64,000 nucleotides of DNA, taken from assembly GCA_010672925.1 (NCBI GenBank), contig JAAHFP010000026.1, forward strand, positions 1-64,000, given 5' to 3'. Shown piece by piece: positions 38,736 through 46,700 of the stretch. The notes beneath the pieces are model-generated. The model did not search any database and was not told the origin of the DNA. It was given only the letters and a program-made list of their open reading frames with translations. The stretch is from Symploca sp. SIO1C2 (GTDB lineage: Bacteria > Cyanobacteriota > Cyanobacteriia > Cyanobacteriales > Coleofasciculaceae). The position numbers and the translations under genes were made by a program. Within the stretch, counting starts at the first letter, position 1; every line of letters starts with the position of its first letter.

Positions 38736-39905
38736 TCTCACCGCCCAATTTACCTCGACTGCCATGCTACTACCCCGATGGATAAACGGGTACTAGAGGC
38801 AATGCTCCCTTACTTCACCGAATATTTCGGCAACTCCTCCAGCATCAGCCATGTTTACGGCTGGGAAGCAGAAGCTGGAGTAAAACAAGCGCGGCAAATC
38901 CTGGCAGATGCGATCCATGCCACCCCAGAAGAAATTATTTTTACCAGTGGTGCGACAGAAGCTAACAACTTAGCCATTAAAGGGGTTGCCGAAGCTTATT
39001 TCAGTAAAGGGCGTCACCTGATTACTGTCCAAACTGAACATAGAGCAGTGCTAGACCCCTGCCACTACTTGGAGAATCTAGGGTTTGAAGTAACCTTACT
39101 ACCAGTACAGCAGGATGGACTAATCGATTTAACCCAATTGGAGAAAGCTATCCGCCCCGAAACGATTTTAGTATCGGTGATGGCGGCGAATAACGAAATT
39201 GGAGTATTGCAACCTTTAGCCGAAATAGGTAAGATTTGCCATCAGCAACAGGTACTCTTCCATACTGATGCTGCCCAAGCTATAGGTAAAATTCCCCTAG
39301 ATGTTCAAGCAATGAATATCGATTTGATGTCCCTCACTGCCCACAAGGTATACGGGCCTAAAGGTATCGGTGCTCTTTATGTCCGCCGTCGTCATCCTAG
39401 AGTCAGGCTTGCTCCACAAATACAAGGAGGTGGACAGGAAAGGGGACTACGTTCTGGTACTCTTTATACTCCCCAGATTGTAGGCTTTGCCAAAGCAGTA
39501 GCTTTAGGGTTAGAAACACAAGCATCCGAGTCTGAGCATTTACTACAGCTGCGGAAATCTCTGTGGAGTAGCTTAAGTGAGCTACCCAATATCCATCTCA
39601 ATGGTCATCCTACCCAGCGATTGTCAGGAAATCTGAACATAAGTGTCGAAGATGTTGATGGCTCAGCTCTGTTGCTAGGATTACAACCAGTAGTAGCTGT
39701 CTCCTCCGGCTCCGCCTGTTCATCTACTAATCTGGGACCTTCCCACGTTCTCCTGGCATTGGGACACCCAGAATCCTTAGCCTCTGCATCCATCCGATTT
39801 GGGATTGGGCGCTTCAACACTGCCGCAGAAATTACCCAGGTAGCTAAACAAGCGATCGCGACGATTGCATCTTTGCGTCGTTCTTTAACTCTTAGAAGGC
39901 AATAG
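38733..39905 (+). CDS. iscS: Cysteine desulfurase (IscS/NifS class, PLP-dependent)
   Basis: IYLDCHATTPMD N-terminus, SLTAHKVYGPKGIGALYV with the PLP lysine, and SSGSACSS with the active-site Cys. Confidence 0.9.
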   Translation: MSHRPIYLDCHATTPMDKRVLEAMLPYFTEYFGNSSSISHVYGWEAEAGVKQARQILADAIHATPEEIIFTSGATEANNLAIKGVAEAYFSKGRHLITVQTEHRAVLDPCHYLENLGFEVTLLPVQQDGLIDLTQLEKAIRPETILVSVMAANNEIGVLQPLAEIGKICHQQQVLFHTDAAQAIGKIPLDVQAMNIDLMSLTAHKVYGPKGIGALYVRRRHPRVRLAPQIQGGGQERGLRSGTLYTPQIVGFAKAVALGLETQASESEHLLQLRKSLWSSLSELPNIHLNGHPTQRLSGNLNISVEDVDGSALLLGLQPVVAVSSGSACSSTNLGPSHVLLALGHPESLASASIRFGIGRFNTAAEITQVAKQAIATIASLRRSLTLRRQ

Positions 39906-40332
39906 GCAAGCCAGATAAGTGACCAAAAATTAATGATTAATAACTTATCTAAAGTAATATCTCAGTCCCGATCGCGATATAGTAGACTTATCAGGAGAGC
40001 GATTACAGCTAAAAGCTTGTTTGGGTTCAAACTGTGCAACTCAGCAACAGGTGCTAAAGGCGACTAATTTGCTTTTCGGAACCTTCTACTCATGCTTTTC
40101 TAAATCCAATGCTTCCCTTTGGCGACAAGTCGGAGCATTGGCTCCCAAATCCAGGGAGAAAGGAGCGATCCAGAGGATTGTCCGTTACCTTAAATCACTC
40201 CTAGGTAACTGCATCAGTTCTCTAGTCTTGAGGCTAAGTTAGAGTTTTTGCTTACACAGTGATATTGGGTAGCTTTCATCGAGAGAAATAGCCTAAGTAC
40301 CCAAGTACACTGCCAGTTTTTGAGGAAATTGA

Positions 40333-42420
40333 ATGCCAAAGCAAATTATTATTGCAGAGCAACATCGGCTTGCCGCCGTCTTTTGGGAAGATCAAATTCA
40401 AGAACTGGTGGTTGCAACAGGTAACCACCAAGTTGGGGATATTTATCTGGGCATTGTAGAAAATGTCTTACCTGGGATAGATGCGGCTTTTGTAAACATT
40501 GGCGATCCAGAGCGCAATGGCTTTATTCATGTTACCGATCTTGGCCCTTTGCGTCTAAAACGTCGCTCCGGTGCGATTACCGAACTGCTGACTCCCCAAC
40601 AGAAAGTGTTGGTGCAAGTCATGAAAGAGCCGACGGGTAATAAAGGACCTCGGCTCACCGGGAACATCAGTTTACCAGGCCGTTATCTCGTAATGATGCC
40701 TTACGGAAGGGGTGTCAACTTGTCCCGGCGGATTAGGAACGAAAACGAGCGCAATCGCCTCCGAGCCCTAGCCATACTCATCAAACCTTCCGGTATGGGA
40801 TTACTAGTACGCACGGAAGCAGAAGATAAAGCCGAAGAAGCCATTATTGAAGATTTAGAAACCCTGCAAAGACAGTGGGAAGCCATTCAAGAAGAAGCAA
40901 ATGCCGCTAGGCCACCAGCTTTATTAAACCGAGATAATGATTTTATTCAGCGCGTTCTGCGGGATATGTACACTTCCGATGTCAATCGGATTGTCGTAGA
41001 TTCCAACGGCGGCTTGAAGCGGGTTAAATTACATTTATTAAGCTGGAGTGGAGGTCGTTCCCCAGAAGGGGTCTTGATTGATCATCACCAGGATCGTATG
41101 TCGATTCTGGAATATTTCCGAGTTAATGCTGCCATAAGAGAAGCCCTTAAACCGAGAGTAGATTTACCTTCTGGTGGCTACATCATTATAGAACCAACAG
41201 AAGCTCTCACCGTAATTGATGTTAACTCCGGCTCCTTTACCCGCTCCGCTACAGCACGGGAGACAGTGCTTTGGACGAACTGCGAAGCCGCTACTGAAAT
41301 TGCTCGTCAGCTGCGTCTGCGTAACATTGCTGGGGTGATCATCGTTGACTTTATTGACATGGACTCCCGCCGGGATCAACTACAGGTACTGGAACATTTC
41401 AATAAAGCTTTGAGAACAGACAAAGCCAGACCCCAGATTGCTCAACTCTCAGAACTCGGCTTAGTTGAACTAACTCGCAAACGCCAGGGTCAAAATATCT
41501 ATGAGTTGTTTGGTCAGGTCTGCCCTACCTGTAGCGGTTTAGGCCATGTAGTGCGCCTTCCTGGTGAAGCATCTCAGTACCCAACCAATGGAGTAGTAGA
41601 ACCTCCTGTCCGCATGGATTTGAGGGAGCCTCGGGGATCAGATGCACCTGGACAATTTGATCTGCCCTCACTCCCAGACCCTGAGGCAATCGAGCTCCTA
41701 CACCATCCCAGCTATCAGGAGCAAGGACTAGGCAATAATATTCGCCGCCGCCGTCGTCGTATTGATGAAACTTTGACCAAAGAGGAAGGGATGGGTAGAG
41801 TTCCTTCTCTGCCTATTCCTGCTTCTCAAAGGTTGTCCGAATCAGGAGACACGGATCTGCCTCGCTTTGGCAGAAGGCTTGCTAAGGATTTATCATTTCC
41901 CAGTAGTAATGGCGAAGGAGGAAGAAATTCCCTATCAGATGAAGGAGACTCACCAGCAAAACCCCAACTAATCAAAGCTTCTAAAGAAATTAAACCTCCA
42001 GAAGTCGTTTCCGTTGAGATGACTCCAGAGGAACAAGATGTTTATGCTTTGATGGGAATTTCTCCACTGGTAAGGTTAGAGCGAGATTTCAAAGATAATC
42101 GGTCTGTAATTGTTTCTGTAGTTCTTCCAGGAGAAGCAGAAATAACAGAAAATGCTAATCCAGTACCGGTAGAATCTTCCACAGAAGCAAAGACTATTTC
42201 CCTAGTATCAAGAGAAGAAGTAACTCCTCCAATAACAGAAGAAGAAACTCCAGTACCAACAGAAGAAGAAACTCCTGAAAAGGTACTAGTAACTGCTTCT
42301 GTTGCAGCAGCTGAGACAGAAACACCAACCGATTCTGCACCTAGTACTGAATCAACAGTTAGTCCTCCTGTAATTCGCCGCCGTCGCCGTCGTTCTTCTG
42401 CAATAGAAAGTGAGGATTGA
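40333..42420 (+). CDS. rne: Ribonuclease E (cyanobacterial type, Arg-rich C-terminal segments)
   Basis: S1 and catalytic core: IYLGIVENVLPGIDAAFVNIG, VIDVNSG, DFIDM. Zn-link CPTCSGLGHV. C-terminal RRRRRR blocks. Preceded by a ~430-nt leader. Confidence 0.9.
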   Translation: MPKQIIIAEQHRLAAVFWEDQIQELVVATGNHQVGDIYLGIVENVLPGIDAAFVNIGDPERNGFIHVTDLGPLRLKRRSGAITELLTPQQKVLVQVMKEPTGNKGPRLTGNISLPGRYLVMMPYGRGVNLSRRIRNENERNRLRALAILIKPSGMGLLVRTEAEDKAEEAIIEDLETLQRQWEAIQEEANAARPPALLNRDNDFIQRVLRDMYTSDVNRIVVDSNGGLKRVKLHLLSWSGGRSPEGVLIDHHQDRMSILEYFRVNAAIREALKPRVDLPSGGYIIIEPTEALTVIDVNSGSFTRSATARETVLWTNCEAATEIARQLRLRNIAGVIIVDFIDMDSRRDQLQVLEHFNKALRTDKARPQIAQLSELGLVELTRKRQGQNIYELFGQVCPTCSGLGHVVRLPGEASQYPTNGVVEPPVRMDLREPRGSDAPGQFDLPSLPDPEAIELLHHPSYQEQGLGNNIRRRRRRIDETLTKEEGMGRVPSLPIPASQRLSESGDTDLPRFGRRLAKDLSFPSSNGEGGRNSLSDEGDSPAKPQLIKASKEIKPPEVVSVEMTPEEQDVYALMGISPLVRLERDFKDNRSVIVSVVLPGEAEITENANPVPVESSTEAKTISLVSREEVTPPITEEETPVPTEEETPEKVLVTASVAAAETETPTDSAPSTESTVSPPVIRRRRRRSSAIESED

Positions 42421-43030
42421 GACTTCATCCCTGATTTGTGAGCTGCCAACCCCGTCTGAACAATTAATTGCTGGTGTTGATGAAGTTGGACGGGGGGCTC
42501 TCTTCGGTCCGGTAGTGGCAGCAGCGGTAATTTTACCGGCATCTGCCCTACCGCAACTTGCCCTTGCAGGCGTCAAAGACTCTAAACAATTGTCTGCTTC
42601 CCGACGCCTCAAGCTGTCTCAAGAAATTCAAAGACAAGCAATTGATTGGAAAATTGGCTACGCCACTAGGGAAGAAATTGACCAGATCAATATTCTTCAA
42701 GCATCCCTATTGGCGATGAGGCGGGCAATATTGAAGTTGAAAGTCAAGCCAGATCTTTGCCTGGTTGATGGGAAGCAATCTTTGCAGGAGTTACCTATAC
42801 CCCAGCAAAGTATGATCAAAGGAGACCAGCGATCGCTAGAAATTGCTGCTGCTAGTGTAGTGGCTAAAGTGTGGCGTGATGATTTGGTGATGCGTTTAGC
42901 TACCAAGTATCCCGATTATGATTTGGCGGCAAATAAGGGATACGGAACTCAGCGACACCGATTAGCCCTGCAACAATACGGCCCTTCACCCCAGCATCGC
43001 CTCTCCTTTAGTCCCTGTCGGAAAATATAG
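42410..43030 (+). CDS. rnhB: Ribonuclease HII
   Basis: The RNase HII core appears as GVDEVGRGALFGPVVAAAVIL followed by the downstream DSK motif. Overlaps the rne stop, in the conserved rne-rnhB arrangement. Confidence 0.85.
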   Translation: MRIETSSLICELPTPSEQLIAGVDEVGRGALFGPVVAAAVILPASALPQLALAGVKDSKQLSASRRLKLSQEIQRQAIDWKIGYATREEIDQINILQASLLAMRRAILKLKVKPDLCLVDGKQSLQELPIPQQSMIKGDQRSLEIAAASVVAKVWRDDLVMRLATKYPDYDLAANKGYGTQRHRLALQQYGPSPQHRLSFSPCRKI

Positions 43031-43248
43031 CAACCGCCAAGGCGATTAGGACAAAGACAAGGGGCTTAAGCCCCTTGTTAACTAACTTGCCTTACTTGAG
43101 ACATGTCTTAACCGCCCTGGCGACTGCTATATAGCGCTACGCGCTAGGCAACAGGCAAAAGGCAACAGTAAGTGCGATCGCGCATTGCCGTAAGTTGGGT
43201 TTCCTTCGTCAACCCAACATTTCATTACCTCGAATACTCTTGTAATTG

Positions 43249-43433
43249 ATACCAAATCCGGTTTTCAGATCAGGGTAAAAATGGCGGTTAATACATTTTC
43301 AGTTACAGCAGGTTAACAAGGGGCTTAAGCCCCTTGTCCTAATCACTTTAGCGGTTGCTATAACTCAAAGTCCCCCAGAATTGGGGGATTTAGGGGGCAA
43401 TAAAATACTTTTTTTTAACCAGATTTGGTAGGA
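43249..43433. mobile_element. MITE-like element bounded by imperfect terminal inverted repeats ATACCAAATCCGGTT / AACCAGATTTGGTAGG. It carries the CAAGGGGCTTAAGCCCCTTG palindrome and an AGTCCCCCAGAATTGGGGGATTTAGGGGGC module
   Basis: TIRs at 43249-43263 and 43418-43433. A shorter copy of the same modules is at 61014..61118. A further palindrome copy is at 43057..43078. Confidence 0.55.
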
Positions 43434-43728
43434 ATTGCTAAATCATTAGAAACTTCGTCAATAATAATAGAAAGATATGGCTAAGTTAAATCAAATCATT
43501 GCGATCGAAAAAGATGTGTCGAGTAAATCAAACCGGGTGATTACTGACGCTTCCCAAACCCTTCAGAAACCTGCACCTCTTTCTGGCATTTCTCGTTCCT
43601 ATCGTCCCAAAGATGAAGAAGGAGATCAACTGCCTAGTGGGTTAGGTCATCCGGCTAGCCAACTAGGTCTAAGCTTAAGTTGACACCAATGACCGACTTG
43701 CATCCTCAAAAGATATCCTATTGCTAGA

Positions 43729-43953
43729 TTATGCAACTTGAAATGATTGCTTCAAAAGCTTAGGCTCAGGCAGAGGTTTTCCTTCTTCCAGAGTTGTCTC
43801 AATCAAAAGTTCTAGAACCTCTTGAGCATTCTTGAGTGCTTCTTCGTAAGAATCTCCGTGAGTGCAGGGCTGCATTACATCCTCAAATTCAGGAAGTAAT
43901 ACAACATAACATTGGTTTTCTTCTGACCATTGGATAATAATTGTATACTTCAT
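43729..43953 (-). CDS. hicB: HicB-family antitoxin
   Basis: 74 aa, MKYTIIIQWSEENQCYVVLLPEF...SYEEALKNAQEVLEL, an RNase-H-like HicB fold pattern. It overlaps the upstream hicA stop. Confidence 0.7.
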   Translation of the reverse strand: MKYTIIIQWSEENQCYVVLLPEFEDVMQPCTHGDSYEEALKNAQEVLELLIETTLEEGKPLPEPKLLKQSFQVA

Positions 43954-44171
43954 ATTTGTGTATCCTCTTCTTCTATATTCTTTAGTTGTTCAAGTGCTTC
44001 ATTGACTTGCTTTTCTAAATAAAGCTTTGCATCACTGCCGTCTGTGCCAGCGATGATAATTGCTTGAGGTAATTTCGGATGAATCCATTTACTGTGGCTG
44101 CCTTTTGCCGGTTTATAGATAAATCCTGCTTTCAAGAGTAAACTCTTCAACTCCCTAATTTTCTTGGGCAT
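43950..44171 (-). CDS. hicA: HicA-family mRNA-interferase toxin
   Basis: MPKKIRELKSLLLKAGFIYKPAKGSHSKWIHP carries the GSHxKW motif. The start was set at the internal ATG at 44171. Confidence 0.65.
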   Translation of the reverse strand: MPKKIRELKSLLLKAGFIYKPAKGSHSKWIHPKLPQAIIIAGTDGSDAKLYLEKQVNEALEQLKNIEEEDTQI

Positions 44172-44451
44172 AAAGTGGTAGGGCGGGTTTTGTACTAAAG
44201 TTATCTTGCATTTTCCCAGATTATCCCTAAACCTGCCCCTACATGATATGCGAATGTCTCTCATTCATCCCAGAATTGGCTTGTAAAGATGCGCCTGCCG
44301 AAGGATGCCCGAAGGGCTGTTGGCGCGTCTCTACATCTAGCCGGATAACGAAAAATCGTGATTTGAGGGGTCACACCCTTTCAGGATAGTTAATTATGCG
44401 ATCGCATTTACAATATTATGTAATTAATTTCCGATTGCACAGACTGCAACT

Positions 44452-44706
44452 ATGAAGCAAGAAGCTGTAACTATCAGCATTCCTAGCGATTTGCTTGAGC
44501 AAGCAAGGCATTTTCGAGAAAGCAGTGAGTCTTTTAACGAAATGGTTGTCGAGGCAATCGCCAGCGAAGTGCGACGAAGAAAAGCACTGGCAGCGCATCA
44601 GCGTATTGTGTCTCGTAGTGCGGAAGTAGAAGCTAAAACAGGGATTCAACCAAATTCTGTAGACTTGATTCGTCAGCTTAGATTGGGTGAGGGAAGGCGT
44701 GACTAA
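44452..44706 (+). CDS. VapB-like antitoxin
   Basis: 84 aa, immediately upstream of and overlapping a PIN-domain gene. Confidence 0.55.
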   Translation: MKQEAVTISIPSDLLEQARHFRESSESFNEMVVEAIASEVRRRKALAAHQRIVSRSAEVEAKTGIQPNSVDLIRQLRLGEGRRD

Positions 44707-45121
44707 GTGTATTGACACTAGTGTTTGGATTCCTTATCTAGTACCTGAGACACTGCAACCTCAAGCCAGAAAATTGATCTCTCCATTGCTGACATCGAAT
44801 GTACGTTTGGTTGCTCCAGCATTTGCCTGGGCTGAAGTTGGCTCAGTGTTGCGAAAAAAGGTAAGGCTGGGAGCAATTACCGCTTCTCAAGCTACAGAGT
44901 TTTATGATGATTTTTGTCAGATGCCTGTTGACTACCTTGATAGCAATGCTATCCGTACAAAAACCTGGGAGATTGCCCAAAAGTTCTCCTTGGCAACTCT
45001 TTATGATGCAGCTTTTCTGGCAGTTGCTGAGGTGGAATCTGCTGAATTTTGGACAGCAGATCAGTCTTTGCTCAATACGCTCAAACCATGTCCAGCTTAT
45101 GTCCAAAAACTGGAGACATAA
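44699..45121 (+). CDS. vapC: PIN-domain (VapC-type) toxin
   Basis: CIDTSVWI carries the first PIN Asp, with a later ...TADQSLLN. GTG start at 44699 overlaps the antitoxin stop by 8 nt. Confidence 0.7.
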   Translation: MTKCIDTSVWIPYLVPETLQPQARKLISPLLTSNVRLVAPAFAWAEVGSVLRKKVRLGAITASQATEFYDDFCQMPVDYLDSNAIRTKTWEIAQKFSLATLYDAAFLAVAEVESAEFWTADQSLLNTLKPCPAYVQKLET

Positions 45122-45334
45122 CAAGAGCGTGGGAGAATAAGTGCGTAGGTTGGGTTGAAGAACGAAACCCAACATTCCCAGTAATATCAAGCTCGGATAA
45201 TTACTGATAATATAACTTCAATGCACCAAGTAGATGAAAACAGAATCTGAAGCTTTGTGAATTGTTTATCTTATTGTAAGTAATCAAGTGAGTTTGTATA
45301 AATTGTGTTGGGTTTCGCTATCGCTCTACCCAAC

Positions 45335-46033
45335 CTACGGTAATTCCATCAGTTTCTGCTGAGCAAATTCCCGAAGTTGCTCGTCTGAGTCATTTTCAGC
45401 TCTATCCTGTAACAGGGATAAAGTATCGGGATGGTTAGGATATTGCTCGATAATAATCTCCTGTGCTATCTTGCGCGGGTTTTCTTCAAAGATTGCCTGA
45501 CGCTCAAAGGGGTCATTGAGGGCACAGTTGCGTAAAAATTCTAACATCCAAGGCTCATTCTTCCAGCCACGGGCGATTTCTTCGATTGCTGTACATCGCA
45601 CATTCTCATTCACATATTCATCCGATTGAAGTATGTGTTTGAGCAGGGGTAAGATTTCGGGGTTATCTTTCCAGTTACGGGCTAATTCTACTACTGCTGG
45701 ATATTGCTCATACTCATTTTTATATTCATTGGATAAAAGAATTTCTTGGAGTACGAGTAAGGTATCCGGGTTATTTTCCCATAAAAAGGCTAATTCACGG
45801 ATAAGTTCTTTTACTGTTTTATGTCGCACAACCCGATAGTAATTTAATTGCGCCCATTGTTGGAGCAGGGGTAAAGTATCAGGTTCATCTTGCCAGCGAC
45901 GGGCTATTTCTCGCGCTACTGTAGCTTGCTCCAACAAACTGTCATTAGATTGTGCTTGTTGCTTGAGCCAGGGTAAGGTATCAGGTTCATCTTTCCAGCA
46001 ATGGGCTATTTCTTGCACTGCTGTTTGTCGCAC
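45335..46033 (-). pseudogene. HEAT-repeat C-terminal fragment of the upstream NACHT-HEAT gene, separated from it by a single in-frame TAA
   Basis: It continues the same ~36-aa repeat register (RRWQDEPDTLPLLQQWAQ...) as the end of ORF 46058..48982. The gap contains cttattg where the other repeat copies read cctgttg. Confidence 0.55.
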
Positions 46034-46700
46034 AAGCCAATGTTCATCAGATTGTGCTTATTGTTTGAGCCAAGGTAAAGTATCCAATTCATCTTTCCAG
46101 CGACGGGCTATTTCTTGCACTGCTGTTTGTCGCATAAGCCAACTGTCATCAGATTGTGCCAGTTGTTTGAGCCAGGGCAAGATATCAGGTTCGTCTTTCC
46201 AGCGACGGGCTATTTCTTGCACTGCTGCCTGTCGCACAGACCAATTGTAATCAGATTGTGCTTGTTGTTTGAGCCAAAGTAAAATATCAGGGTCATCTTT
46301 CCAGAGAGATGCTATTTCTTGCACTACTGTTTGCTGCACAAGCCAACTGCTATCAGATTGTGCCTGTTGTTTGAGCCAAGGTAAAGTATCTGAGTCATCT
46401 TTCCAGCTATTGGTCATTACTAGCACTGCTGTTTGTCGCACAAGCCAACTGCTATCAGATTGTGCCTGTTGTTTGAGCCAAGGTAAAGTATCCAATTCAT
46501 CTTTCCAGAGACGTGCTATTTCTTGCGCTACTACATATCGCACAAAGCAACTGTCATTAGATTGCACCTGTTGTTTAAGCCAAAGCAATATATCAGGTTC
46601 GTCTTTCCAGCTATTGGTTATTACTAGCACTGCTGCACCTCGCAGATCCTCATTTTTACCAGAATGCGCCCATTGTTTGAGCAGGGGTAAGGTTTCCGGA
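45440..46700. repeat. Tandem array of ~10 near-identical ~100-110-bp units encoding HEAT-like repeats (WLKQQAQSDxSWLVRQTAVQEIARxWKDxPDTLP)
   Basis: The ttgtttgagcca(a/g)gg...cacaagccaactgctatcagattgtgc unit recurs at about 45640, 45955, 46051, 46163, 46262, 46370, 46467, 46571 and 46672. The plus-strand ORFs 45963..46250 and 46269..46703 are antisense artefacts. Confidence 0.8.

Noticed and set aside
39906-40332. Long leader upstream of rne considered as a novel ncRNA
   Set aside because: Long autoregulatory 5' UTRs are an established property of rne genes, including in cyanobacteria. Nothing here departs from that.
42042-42612. Minus-strand ORFs over the rne 3' end and rnhB 5' end
   Set aside because: Antisense to the strongly supported rne/rnhB genes. 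The Arg-rich translation mirrors the rne RRRRRR codons.
43477-43683. 68-aa ORF MAKLNQIIAIEKDVSSKSNRVITDASQ...
   Set aside because: It sits between a MITE-like element and the hic locus and has no recognisable features. The coding status is uncertain, so I did not list it as a feature.
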